Shown: positions 16,234-25,555 of the stretch, piece by piece | Layout of the letters: each line of letters starts with the position of its first letter | Position numbering within the stretch: the stretch's first letter is position 1 | Virus record (IMG/VR): IMGVR_UViG_3300009788_000096 | Coordinates: 1 to 64,000 of that record | Direction: 5' to 3' (one strand) | Length of the DNA: 64,000 bases | Source: a virus | Made by a program: the position numbers and the translations under genes | The notes under the pieces: generated by a model | What the model was told of the DNA's origin: nothing | Seen by the model: the letters and a program-made list of their open reading frames with translations, nothing else | Databases searched by the model: none

Positions 16234-16800
16234 GTGAGAATAATAACCCGTAGAAATAGAGATAATCATCCAAGGCGTAAAATAAGAAGGCGATCCAGAA
16301 GTAAAGGAGCGCCGACCAAATTTACTCGAAGACGGAAGAATATCATTTATAATGGTTTAAGAGCGAGGTTGCCATTGGAAAGATGTTGCGATTTAGCAGG
16401 GATAAACTATACGACTTTTAGGACTTGGATGAAAAAAGGTCGAGAAAGTGATTCGGGGCTTCATCGCAATTTTCGTTTAAAAGTCAAGTGTATTCAGGCC
16501 GATTTGGAAAAAGAAGCATTAAATGTTATCCGAAAAGCACAATCAGGTGGAGAACGAATAAGAGAGACAAAAATTGAGATAGAATCGGGTTGGAAAGGTG
16601 ACATTAAAAAGGTGACAAAGTCAAGTAGGACCCGTCCAAGTGTTTGGCAAGCTGCGGCTTGGTATCTTGAACGCCGTCATCGTGAGACATATGGCAGGGA
16701 TCCAATTAATCCTGACGAAGAAAAGTCGGCTGAAGAGTTCGCAAAGGAAATTAAAGAGGCTGCGGACGCAATGTTTCAAACTGTTCCAGCGGAGGCTTAA
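16234..16800 (+). CDS. terS: terminase small subunit
   Basis: HTH (CCDLAGINYTTFRTWM) and WQAAAWYLERR motif; abuts terL. Confidence 0.75.
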   Translation: MRIITRRNRDNHPRRKIRRRSRSKGAPTKFTRRRKNIIYNGLRARLPLERCCDLAGINYTTFRTWMKKGRESDSGLHRNFRLKVKCIQADLEKEALNVIRKAQSGGERIRETKIEIESGWKGDIKKVTKSSRTRPSVWQAAAWYLERRHRETYGRDPINPDEEKSAEEFAKEIKEAADAMFQTVPAEA

Positions 16801-18171
16801 TTGAGACAAGCGTTAGAAAAAGTAGAAGTATTATCGGATCGCTGGTATCCATTAGATTACCATCCAACTCAAGCTGAATTATGGAATTCCACATCCCGCT
16901 TTAACGTTGTTCCAGCTGGCCGTCGTTCTGGGAAAACCGAAATATCAGGAAAACGGAAAGTAATTATAAAGGCGTTACAAGGCGATCCGAAATATCCTGA
17001 TTATAACATCTTCGTAGCAGCTCCCACTTTTAATCAAGCAAAACGAATCTATTGGTCTGATCTGAAAAAACTCTCCCCGAAACATCTTATTAAAAGGGTT
17101 CGAGAATCCGGGCTTTCCATCGAATATATTATGGGAAGTACTATCCAAGTTATGGGTATGGACAAGCCCGAAAGAATAGAGGGATCTCCTTGGAATCATG
17201 GTGTCCTGGATGAATATGGAAACATGAAGGAGCAGACATGGCCAGAACACGTTCGCCCTGCCCTTGCTGATCGCAATGGGACATGTGACTTCATTGGTGT
17301 TCCGGAAGGTAGAAATCATTATTATGACTTGTGGAAACGGACCCTTAGTGATGACACTGGGTTGTGGGCTGGCCATCACTGGATAAGCGCAGATATTTTA
17401 CCTGCTGACGAAATAGAACAAGCGAAAAGAGATCTGGATGACTTAACTTACCAACAGGAATTCGAAGGATCATTTGTTCTTTTCGCAGGAATGGCTTATT
17501 ACAACTGGAACGAAAAAAGAAATGCTCAACCGTGGGCTCAGCATTATAATCCGAAAGGAGATCTAATTTTCATGTTGGATTTTAATGTTGAACCAGGAGT
17601 TGCGGCTGTTGCACAGGAAATGAGAAGTTATATTCCGGGTCAACTCGCTATTGTCGGAAAAAGTACTACCGCGATTATCGGAGAAGTTTATATTCCACGG
17701 AACTCTAATACGATAAGGGTTTGTAATAAGCTCGCAGAAGACTGGGGAGAACACAAGGGAAATGTCTTCTGCTATGGGGATTCCACAGGAGGAGCTGGAG
17801 GAAGCGCGAAGATCGCGGGCTCCGATTGGGATTTGGTGAAGAAAGTTCTATTTCCGGTTTTTGGCGAGCGCTTACATTTTAGGGTTCCGGCCGCAAACCC
17901 ACGCGAGAGAGTCAGAGTCAATTCGGTCAATTCTCGGTTGAAAAACGTTCTGGGCGAATCCTATTTAGTTGTTGATCCCGGAAAGGCTCCGCATGTAGTA
18001 AAAGACTTTGAAGGCGTAAGATTAATTGTGGGCGGAACGGGAGATATCGACAAAAAGGCCGATCCTAAGTTAACTCACTTGTCCGACGCGGTTGGTTACT
18101 ATATCCACAGAGAGTATCCTGTCCGTCGTTATGTGGCTTCCACTGAAAAACGTTTTCTCAAGGCAGCATAA
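16801..18171 (+). CDS. terL: terminase large subunit
   Basis: AGRRSGKT Walker A, GVLDE Walker B, YQQEFEGSF, nuclease DFN...HLSDA. Confidence 0.95.
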   Translation: MRQALEKVEVLSDRWYPLDYHPTQAELWNSTSRFNVVPAGRRSGKTEISGKRKVIIKALQGDPKYPDYNIFVAAPTFNQAKRIYWSDLKKLSPKHLIKRVRESGLSIEYIMGSTIQVMGMDKPERIEGSPWNHGVLDEYGNMKEQTWPEHVRPALADRNGTCDFIGVPEGRNHYYDLWKRTLSDDTGLWAGHHWISADILPADEIEQAKRDLDDLTYQQEFEGSFVLFAGMAYYNWNEKRNAQPWAQHYNPKGDLIFMLDFNVEPGVAAVAQEMRSYIPGQLAIVGKSTTAIIGEVYIPRNSNTIRVCNKLAEDWGEHKGNVFCYGDSTGGAGGSAKIAGSDWDLVKKVLFPVFGERLHFRVPAANPRERVRVNSVNSRLKNVLGESYLVVDPGKAPHVVKDFEGVRLIVGGTGDIDKKADPKLTHLSDAVGYYIHREYPVRRYVASTEKRFLKAA

Positions 18172-18182
18172 GGAGAAGTGTT

Positions 18183-18404
18183 ATGGCAGTACGGATGAAA
18201 AGGAAATCACGAATTACATCAAAACAAAAGTCGGCTCGTAGAAAGAATATGGCGCTTGCCAGGAAGTCAAAAAAGGACAATAAAAAGAAGATTAAGAAAT
18301 CGTTGACTGGTAGACCTCAAATTACGACAAGCAGATCTGGCAAAAGAACGAAATGGACAAAGGGAGTTCCACGACCCACTGGACCCAGGAAACGAAGAAA
18401 ATAA
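18183..18404 (+). CDS. small highly basic protein
   Basis: AGGAG SD; KQKSARRKN motif shared with 20104-20325. Confidence 0.7.
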   Translation: MAVRMKRKSRITSKQKSARRKNMALARKSKKDNKKKIKKSLTGRPQITTSRSGKRTKWTKGVPRPTGPRKRRK

Positions 18405-18538
18405 ATCGCAAAGGAGCTGATTACTATTTCTGATTCTGATCGGGTATGGAAGTTTCAAGGCAGTATAGTTATCTTCGTCATAATCGTTTACTCTATTGTT
18501 TTGATCTATAAAGTAGTCAACTGGAAAGCATTGTATAT

Positions 18539-18847
18539 TTGGTTAAAACTTCTAAAATTCTAATGATGATTACGGTCTGTCCAAATTGCGGGTTACAACA
18601 TAAAGTCAAAACGAAAGTATTTAATATTAACGATTCAACGGTAACGGAACCAAATGTTGAAAACAACTTATCTTCATATAACTTTGCTACACACGATTGG
18701 GACTTCTCAAATGGGAGAAATCCAATTTGTGTCAAGTGCAACCAGACCCCACAGGACCTGGGTTTCTGGTCAAATGGAAGTGAGGATATTTTAAATGAGT
18801 GGAAACGAAGACCACAAGGATGGCGAAAGCCTTGCCCAAGAAGATAA
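18539..18847 (+). CDS. hypothetical Zn-finger protein
   Basis: CPNC...CVKC; start uncertain. Confidence 0.45.
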   Translation: MVKTSKILMMITVCPNCGLQHKVKTKVFNINDSTVTEPNVENNLSSYNFATHDWDFSNGRNPICVKCNQTPQDLGFWSNGSEDILNEWKRRPQGWRKPCPRR

Positions 18848-19172
18848 AGTAGTAAATATCTATGAGGGCAGCGATCCAATACTTCAAGAGGATATTGTGT
18901 TCCGTCAGGGAAAAGATGGAGAACAAGTAGTCCATCTTTTTGACGATTTGCAATCTATTGAAACATTGAAGACAATCATTAATAAGATCAAAAACGATGA
19001 ACTGCATAATTTCATCGTAATTGCTCAACATAAAAATAACGAAGAAGAACGAGAAGCGACAGGACAAGAGAACGGAAATACCTTTTACTTCTATGGCAAA
19101 GATACATGTACTACATTGCTCGGCTTGGCTCAGCGGATAACGCAAATTATTGGCAACTTTATGGACACTTAA
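18795..19172 (+). CDS. hypothetical protein
   Basis: GAGG SD. Confidence 0.6.
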   Translation: MSGNEDHKDGESLAQEDKVVNIYEGSDPILQEDIVFRQGKDGEQVVHLFDDLQSIETLKTIINKIKNDELHNFIVIAQHKNNEEEREATGQENGNTFYFYGKDTCTTLLGLAQRITQIIGNFMDT

Positions 19173-19174
19173 TA

Positions 19175-19426
19175 ATGGCAAAAGGAACATACCCTGAAAT
19201 TACCGATGGCGGAAAGTTTAATGTAGATATTGATAATGAATATCTTCGTTTTGCTTGTTGCAGTTGTGGTCATGTCCATATATTTGTTATCGACAGGGAA
19301 GAAAAAGGAAAGTGTAAAGTAACTCTGGATAGTGATCGAAAAGGAACCGCACAATTAAGGAGACACAATTTCGGGAGTCTACAAAAGAAGAATCCCACAA
19401 AATGGGATATAAAGAGGAAGAGATGA
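19175..19426 (+). CDS. hypothetical protein (ACCSCGHVH motif)
   Basis: Recurrent phage CCxCGxxH motif. Confidence 0.65.
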   Translation: MAKGTYPEITDGGKFNVDIDNEYLRFACCSCGHVHIFVIDREEKGKCKVTLDSDRKGTAQLRRHNFGSLQKKNPTKWDIKRKR

Positions 19427-19752
19427 ACCCGTTCGACGAACACAGAAACATCCAACCTGTTGATGATCATAATAAATCACATGCCATCGCAGAAGTACTA
19501 CAAATGGTAAACAGCGATATGGTTTATTGTTGTCCTGATTGCGATTATTCATCTTTTTATCTCATTGCGGGGACTCGCAATCTGGAGTCGTTTGCTGGGT
19601 TCCAGTGTGCCAATGAAGATTGTCAACTGTTTTTTAAGTTCCCTAAAATTATATCAAGAAAAAAAGTACTTATCTACAAACCCGAATTAACGGACGATAA
19701 GAAAGAAGTCAAATTTTATAACACGTATGAAGGAGAAGAAGATGATGATTGA
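19423..19752 (+). CDS. hypothetical Zn-ribbon protein
   Basis: CPDC...CANEDC. Confidence 0.6.
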   Translation: MNPFDEHRNIQPVDDHNKSHAIAEVLQMVNSDMVYCCPDCDYSSFYLIAGTRNLESFAGFQCANEDCQLFFKFPKIISRKKVLIYKPELTDDKKEVKFYNTYEGEEDDD

Positions 19753-20008
19753 TGATGTATACAAACCAAAGTCAGACAAAGAATGGCAAGCAGAAAATGA
19801 TGCCAACACTCTTGCGAGAGCAAACTTAATTACTTCGGATGCAGAGAGATTAAGTGCCGCGCAAGATGCAGCTGCTCAAATGGCTGAGAAAGAAAAAGAA
19901 GAAGCGGCAGCAATGACTAAGGTAGCAAAAGGCCAAAAGACCAGACCGGCCCGAGAAGGAACAGGTCAATCACCTTCAAGAGATTTCAATGTGTTCGAAA
20001 AGATTTAA
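19742..20008 (+). CDS. hypothetical protein (WQAENDANTLARA motif)
   Basis: Operon packing, AAGGAG SD. Confidence 0.65.
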   Translation: MMIDDVYKPKSDKEWQAENDANTLARANLITSDAERLSAAQDAAAQMAEKEKEEAAAMTKVAKGQKTRPAREGTGQSPSRDFNVFEKI

Positions 20009-20014
20009 GTCAAA

Positions 20015-20086
20015 GAGGGAATAGCTCAGTGGTAGAGTGCCGGCTTTCCAGGCTGGATGTCGTAGGTTCAAATCCTGCTTCCCTCT
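20015..20086 (+). tRNA. tRNA-Gly (anticodon TCC), atypical acceptor stem, no encoded CCA
   Basis: GAGGGAA/TTCCCTC acceptor, TAGCTCAGTGGTAGAG D-arm, anticodon 20047-20049, GGTTCAAATCC T-loop, discriminator U. Confidence 0.85.
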
Positions 20087-20103
20087 CTAATAAGGAGGAT
20101 GTT

Positions 20104-20325
20104 ATGGCAAAACGGAAGATGACCGCATCAGAACGGCATTTTATGGGTAAGCCGAAGAAGATCAGTGCGAAACAAAAATCAGCTCGCAGGAAGAATATCA
20201 AAATTGCACGGAAGTCAAAGAAGGGAAGAGGAAAAGGGAAGAAGCGGACAAAGAAACAAGAACGTGATAATATGTTTTCCTCCAGAGAGAAAAGAGTATT
20301 GTCTTGGATCAAAGCGAATAGGTAA
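20104..20325 (+). CDS. small highly basic protein (paralog of 18183-18404)
   Basis: AAGGAGG SD; ISAKQKSARRKNIKIARKSKK. Confidence 0.7.
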   Translation: MAKRKMTASERHFMGKPKKISAKQKSARRKNIKIARKSKKGRGKGKKRTKKQERDNMFSSREKRVLSWIKANR

Positions 20326-20341
20326 TAAGGGAGGTGATCTT

Positions 20342-20488
20342 ATGCCTAAAGGAACAAGGGTCCACAGGTGAGTGCTAAAAAAAACCCGTAGGGGTATGGG
20401 TAAAACGTCAGCGATTAAGCTCTGTCAGAAGTCAACTGGTCAGAGTTATGCGACAGGAAGGAAGTCAAGAAAAGGGAGGAAGTCATAA
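20342..20488 (+). CDS. candidate selenoprotein 1 (48 aa, in-frame TGA at codon 10)
   Basis: GGAGGTG SD; MPKGTRVHR-U-VLKKTRRGMGKTSAIKLCQKSTGQSYATGRKSRKGRKS; hairpin ACCC-GTAG-GGGT after the TGA. Confidence 0.65.
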
Positions 20489-20595
20489 TGCCTAAAAAGA
20501 AAAAAGCGACCCTGAAACAATGAGTGGCTAAACGTCTTCGACGTGGAGGGTCGAAAAAAGCAGCAACAAAACATTGCAAGCAGTCAAGAAAATAA
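20488..20595 (+). CDS. candidate selenoprotein 2 (35 aa, in-frame TGA at codon 12)
   Basis: GGAGG SD, TAATG overlap; MPKKKKATLKQ-U-VAKRLRRGGSKKAATKHCKQSRK; hairpin TTCGAC-GTGGAGG-GTCGAA. Confidence 0.65.
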
Positions 20596-20607
20596 AAAGG
20601 AAGAACA

Positions 20608-22170
20608 ATGCCTGAGCCTAAACAAAAATTAAAGATTGGGGATTTGAAAAAGGTCCATAAGCTATATGCACTGAATAGTGCGGAATGGCGATTCTTGTTA
20701 GCAGCCTATGAGGGAGCTAAAGAATTACTTCGACTCGGCTTTCTGGAAAAACACGAACGGGAAAGTCAAGATAATTACGAACGAAGATTAAAAGAAGCAT
20801 ATGGTTTTAGCTATTCCCGTTCCGTCGTGGACCTTTTCAATTTCTATCTTTTTAAGGAACCTGTTAAACGGGAATACGGAAAGCTCAAAGATGATAAACT
20901 GTTTGAGCTGTTTCTAAAGGACTGCAATCTTTATAAAGATGCATGGGATGACTTCTTGACGAACGTTGACTTGTATGCTTCCGTTTGTGGTTTCATGGGA
21001 TTGCTTATCGACAAGGCTTCTGTTGTCTTCGATAATAAACAGCAGCAATTAGAAGCAGAAGTATATCCCTATATCGCTGCATATTATCCAACCGCAATAC
21101 TGGATTGGGACTTTGATCGAGACGAATATAACAGGCCGTTCCTTGCATACTTAAAGCTTCTTGACGACGACGGCCAGTATAGGCTCTGGTGGCCGGACAA
21201 ATTTGAAATATGGGAAATACCAGAAGATGATCCTGATGAACAGGATGATCAGGGTGAAGACAAACAAACCGAAGTCGACGATGAGAAAAATGCGACCTTT
21301 ATAAAGGGAGGGGTTAATCCATTAGGGGAAATACCTTTTATATGGCTGTACAATCTTAAACACAAAAAGCGTCCATTGGGAATCAGCGATATACATGATG
21401 TTGCAAGAATTGATGTTTCCATACTGCGGAATTTAAGTCAAGGTGAGGAAGTAATTAATTGGGGAGCTTTCCCAATGCTTCGTATGCCTTTGAGAGAAAC
21501 GAAGCCCGGAGTTGATGGTGTGGCCGTTCCGACAAAGGAAGCAGAAGTAGGCGAACAAGCAGTATTGGAGTTTGACCCGGAACACCCGGAATCGAAGCCC
21601 GACTGGCTTGACTCTGCGGTAGCTGAACCGATTAATTCACTTCTTGCCTGGATTGCGAAGAAAGTCGGTGAGATATATCGTGCGGTTAATGCTGGTGGAC
21701 AATCATCGATGGAAACGTCTACAGCGGTAAAATCGGGTGCAACGTTAAAAGCAGAATTCCAATTACTCAATGCTTCACTTGTAAAGAAAGCAATCAATCT
21801 GGAACAGGCAGAAACAGAGACTTTGCGATTATGGTGTAAGTGGGAAGAACGAGAGGAGGATGTAAAGGAGACAAGTGTTGAAAGAGCAAGAAGTTATGAT
21901 GTTGACGATTTGACTTCTGCACTGGAAAACGTATTGACTTCATTAGTGATCGTAACATCGAAGAAGTTTAATGAAGCAATGCAAAAACAGGTTGTCCGTG
22001 ATATGATGCCTGCTGCTGATAATGATGAGTTAAAAGAAATTGATGATGAAATCGAAGAATCTGTAGAAACACCAGTTCAGGGAGCGACGGAACCAACCGA
22101 AGAGGATCTGGAAGAAGAAGATGAACGATTTCAATTTAACGAAGAAGAAGAGGAGGAGGAAGAGGAATAA
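20608..22170 (+). CDS. portal protein
   Basis: 520 aa after terL; 'LEKHERESQDNYERRL', 'NPLGEIPFIW', 'SG..L..EF..LN..L'; acidic tail. Confidence 0.88.
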   Translation: MPEPKQKLKIGDLKKVHKLYALNSAEWRFLLAAYEGAKELLRLGFLEKHERESQDNYERRLKEAYGFSYSRSVVDLFNFYLFKEPVKREYGKLKDDKLFELFLKDCNLYKDAWDDFLTNVDLYASVCGFMGLLIDKASVVFDNKQQQLEAEVYPYIAAYYPTAILDWDFDRDEYNRPFLAYLKLLDDDGQYRLWWPDKFEIWEIPEDDPDEQDDQGEDKQTEVDDEKNATFIKGGVNPLGEIPFIWLYNLKHKKRPLGISDIHDVARIDVSILRNLSQGEEVINWGAFPMLRMPLRETKPGVDGVAVPTKEAEVGEQAVLEFDPEHPESKPDWLDSAVAEPINSLLAWIAKKVGEIYRAVNAGGQSSMETSTAVKSGATLKAEFQLLNASLVKKAINLEQAETETLRLWCKWEEREEDVKETSVERARSYDVDDLTSALENVLTSLVIVTSKKFNEAMQKQVVRDMMPAADNDELKEIDDEIEESVETPVQGATEPTEEDLEEEDERFQFNEEEEEEEEE

Positions 22171-22718
22171 TGTTTAATAAACTTGATCTATATATGAGAC
22201 ATCGGCCTGATATGAAATCTGGGGATCTTGTTGAATTTGGTTCTTCTTCAATGATCGGGAAAGCTATTAAATGGTTCACTAAAAAAGATGTCAATCATTC
22301 TGCTTTCCTATTTCGCATTGACTCTTTCGTTGGCCTTAAGGACAGAGTATTTGTAATCGAAGCATTAAATGAAGGACTTGAGATAAATGCCCTGTCCTCA
22401 AGGATCAAGGAATATGCCGGAATGGTTTATTGGTATCCTTTGAAAAAGAAGTATGAAGCATTCCGTGACCCAATGTCTTCGTTCGCTTTCATGATGGAAG
22501 CAAAGACAGTTGAGAAGCGATATGACTATGTCTCGTTATTCGCAAATATGTTCGGTAAAGTTTCGATAGACGCAAAAAGGTTTTTCTGTTCTGAGTTTTA
22601 TCATGCATCAATGATTTATGCCGGAATGACTATTGCAAAGAAAGCGCTGAGACCGGGAGAGTTTGAAGAATTGGGCTTCCACGATAGCAGATTTACGATT
22701 GGAGAGGATATATCATGA
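22170..22718 (+). CDS. permuted papain-like (YiiX/YebB NlpC/P60) enzyme
   Basis: GDLV..NHSA..VIEA..YDY..FFCSE. Confidence 0.8.
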   Translation: MFNKLDLYMRHRPDMKSGDLVEFGSSSMIGKAIKWFTKKDVNHSAFLFRIDSFVGLKDRVFVIEALNEGLEINALSSRIKEYAGMVYWYPLKKKYEAFRDPMSSFAFMMEAKTVEKRYDYVSLFANMFGKVSIDAKRFFCSEFYHASMIYAGMTIAKKALRPGEFEELGFHDSRFTIGEDIS

Positions 22719-22888
22719 TAAAAACAAAAAAGAAGAGAAGTCATATTGCACAAATGCTTAATCCGAAAACCGGACGTTATGTGAAAGTCAATAAGGATAA
22801 GGGGACTATCCTTCGCTATAAGCAAACTCCGGGACCTTATAAAGGAGTGCCAATAGCGCGTAAACAGAAGAGGAAGAATGCAGTATAG
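22715..22888 (+). CDS. small basic protein (57 aa)
   Basis: GAGG SD; NPKTGRYVKV...PGPYKGV. Confidence 0.6.
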   Translation: MIKTKKKRSHIAQMLNPKTGRYVKVNKDKGTILRYKQTPGPYKGVPIARKQKRKNAV

Positions 22889-23084
22889 GTTAAAGCGGGA
22901 TCTGGTGATCCCGTCTGGAACAGTATTTAAAAAGTCCCCGAACAGGTTGATGCTTGGAGCTGGCTGTCACGAATGCCAATTATTTACTCCTGACAAAATG
23001 TGCATTACTACTTTAGTTTGCAAATTACAAAATAGCGAAATATTCGAAGAGGAATTCGAAGAAGAGGATATCGAAGAAATCTAA
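22878..23084 (+). CDS. hypothetical protein
   Basis: Operon packing. Confidence 0.55.
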   Translation: MQYRLKRDLVIPSGTVFKKSPNRLMLGAGCHECQLFTPDKMCITTLVCKLQNSEIFEEEFEEEDIEEI

Positions 23085-25342
23085 TGGCTGTTAGCCCTAC
23101 ACAACTTGTTTCAATGGTTCGCCGAGAACAGGGAAAAATTAACTCTGTAGAAGCGGAACATATCAAACGGTTATCCAGCACTATAAACGAATTGGAGAAA
23201 AATATACGCAGTTATATGGGACAGCTGCAAACGACCGCTGGCGGCAGGCTGACAGGCGTCAAAGTCAATTTAAAACAGGCTCAAGCGATACACAAGAAAA
23301 TGTTAGTGGAGTTTCAAACAACGTACGGCGTTGCAGTAAGAGATATGGTCGATGATTACGACGAACTCTCCGACTTTATTGAAGGGAGTTTTAAATCGCT
23401 TGATAAGTCAATTAGTTTTTCAGGATACGATCAAACAATGATGGACCTTTTAAAACAACAGAGTTACGATGACTATATGCAATATGGCACCGCAGCTCAA
23501 AACCGAATTGCTACCGGTATGTATAATGCCGTTATAGCAGGGCATTCCAGAGCCCAACTTGAACAACTGATTCGGGGAGTTTTAACAGGCCATAAAGATG
23601 TCCGTGGCCGGCCAATGGAAACTTATGCTAAGCAGCATACGAAAGATGCTGTCATGAATTTCTATAATGAAGTCCATCAGAAGAAAGCCGAAGATGTTGG
23701 TTTGAAGCATTTTATGTACTTCGGTGACATTATAAATACTTCACGGGATTTCTGTCGTATCCGTGTTGGGAAGTACTATACGAAGAAGACAATTAACTCT
23801 TGGAAACATGCATGGACAGGGAAGCGAGGGAACGCATGGGATTATAGAGGTGGTTGGAATTGTCGGCATCATTGGAGAGGCATCGATCCTGATTGGTTAG
23901 AAGAAGATGAATTCGGGCCAATCGAAGAAGATGAAATGGCTGCCTATATGGAAGAAGATAATTTTTCGGAAATAAAGGCAACCATTTCAGAGAAGGAAGG
24001 TTTAAAAAGACAACATGCCGCATCACTTGCAAAGAGTAAAACGCTCCGTGCACAGAGAGAAAAACTAAAAGGGTTACAGGTAACTCCTGCGCGGACTCAG
24101 AAGATAAAGGATCTGCGACAGGAGTTAATTGCGGAGAAGGGAATCCGTGATAATATAAAGGGTGGAGTTGTCAAGGCAAAGACCGATCTTGCGAAACAAG
24201 GGAGGAAAATTAAAAGAGACGTAGCGGAAGGAGTAACACCAAAGGCTCTGACGAAGGCTGAATTAGAACCGGTAACTGTGAAAGCGAGTGCCAGTGCAAA
24301 GGACTTAGGTATTAGCAGCATTCAAGATAGAAGTATGAGCCGAAAGAAATTCAAGGATTTTGATAAACAGGTTGTAACTCCTTTCAAAGAGCAAATGAGT
24401 CATATTGCAAACATGGGTGATGGGAGTATCGGAAAGCAATTAAAAGATATGCCGTTTAACGTTGAAGTATTTAACGAATCCGAAATTCCTCGTGCCCTTG
24501 CTAAGAAGACAATGGAAGCTTCTTATAATTCCGGGAAAAAGAGAATCCGGTATGCTATTAAGGGTGACAGTTTACTTTGGAAGAAAGGAGCACCGAGATC
24601 TGGTTACTGGAGAGTATCCGAACATGGCATTAGCACTTATAGTCATGAGGTTGGCCATCATGTGCAAGATGTAGTTATGGATAAACGTCTTGTTTCCAGA
24701 TGGAATCAGACATTTCATAGTCAGCCGGAAAGTTGGTGGAAGACAAATCTCTCTCAGTACGGTAGTCTTAATGCAGAGGAAGCATTCGCTGAATCGTTTG
24801 CTGCTTTTACTAATACGAAATACAAGAGGGGCATGCTTCCAAAAGACGTGGAAGGATTCTTCGATGACTTGTTCGGTGTCAAGCAAGCGAAGAAGTTGGC
24901 TAAAACGGTTGTTAAAGAAGCGGTAGAAGCAACTGCGGAAGTCAAAAAAGCTTGGTCTCAAACTCTTTATCACGGAGCGAATGAAGCAGGATATGCTAAT
25001 ATTCCAAAGGAAGGTTTTAAGTTTAGTTCACAGTCAATATTTGGGAAAGGCGTTTATTTTACTGATAAAAAAACAGATGCAGCTCAGTGGGCATTTTCAG
25101 ATAAAGCTATATTTAAAGTCAAAGCCAACGTGAAAAATGTTATGACTGTTGACTTCACTGATTTGAGTCCGTCTGGATTAGAGACGATTAAGGAGTGGAG
25201 TGATATCCAAGCTTTGGGTGGAGAAAAGGCGCGACAAGCTTTTTTAAAAGCTGGATATGATGGTTATTCAATAAAATTAGCGTCTGGCGAAACTCATTTT
25301 ATTGTGCTTGATCCAAAGTTAATAGAATTAAAAAAGGTATAA
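23084..25342 (+). CDS. MuF-type minor head protein fused to a zincin peptidase and an ADP-ribosyltransferase-like domain
   Basis: SRDFC...GGWNCRHHW (MuF); SHEVGHH...YG...EEAFAESF; LYHG...FGKGVYFT...AGYDG. Confidence 0.8.
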   Translation: MAVSPTQLVSMVRREQGKINSVEAEHIKRLSSTINELEKNIRSYMGQLQTTAGGRLTGVKVNLKQAQAIHKKMLVEFQTTYGVAVRDMVDDYDELSDFIEGSFKSLDKSISFSGYDQTMMDLLKQQSYDDYMQYGTAAQNRIATGMYNAVIAGHSRAQLEQLIRGVLTGHKDVRGRPMETYAKQHTKDAVMNFYNEVHQKKAEDVGLKHFMYFGDIINTSRDFCRIRVGKYYTKKTINSWKHAWTGKRGNAWDYRGGWNCRHHWRGIDPDWLEEDEFGPIEEDEMAAYMEEDNFSEIKATISEKEGLKRQHAASLAKSKTLRAQREKLKGLQVTPARTQKIKDLRQELIAEKGIRDNIKGGVVKAKTDLAKQGRKIKRDVAEGVTPKALTKAELEPVTVKASASAKDLGISSIQDRSMSRKKFKDFDKQVVTPFKEQMSHIANMGDGSIGKQLKDMPFNVEVFNESEIPRALAKKTMEASYNSGKKRIRYAIKGDSLLWKKGAPRSGYWRVSEHGISTYSHEVGHHVQDVVMDKRLVSRWNQTFHSQPESWWKTNLSQYGSLNAEEAFAESFAAFTNTKYKRGMLPKDVEGFFDDLFGVKQAKKLAKTVVKEAVEATAEVKKAWSQTLYHGANEAGYANIPKEGFKFSSQSIFGKGVYFTDKKTDAAQWAFSDKAIFKVKANVKNVMTVDFTDLSPSGLETIKEWSDIQALGGEKARQAFLKAGYDGYSIKLASGETHFIVLDPKLIELKKV

Positions 25343-25345
25343 ACA

Positions 25346-25555
25346 ATGATTACACCACCTAATTGTTATAAGCGGAATTGCAAACACTTCCTCGGTGTTC
25401 ATAATGATTCTGATCCGTTTGATGAATCTGCGGAAGTAGTTAATTGTCTCGCTTTCCCAGAAGGCATTCCTGATGAGATTGCTTATGGTGTTGATAAACA
25501 TTTAAAGAAAGTCAAAGGACAAGTAGGAAAATTTGTATTTGAAGAAAGGGAATAA
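25346..25555 (+). CDS. small Cys/His protein following the MuF fusion (possible immunity protein)
   Basis: C..CKH..CLAFPEGIPDEI..H. Confidence 0.65.
   Translation: MITPPNCYKRNCKHFLGVHNDSDPFDESAEVVNCLAFPEGIPDEIAYGVDKHLKKVKGQVGKFVFEERE

Noticed and set aside
20029-20103. N-terminal extension of ORF 20029-20325, and ORF 20010-20312
   Set aside because: These overlap the tRNA; the real start is the ATG at 20104 after AAGGAGG.
20015-20595. Genome-wide UGA reassignment (Gly/Trp), or the tRNA as an opal suppressor
   Set aside because: The anticodon is TCC, not TCA. Many genes end at TGA with ATGA overlaps (e.g. 22718, 37866), and long genes have no internal TGA.
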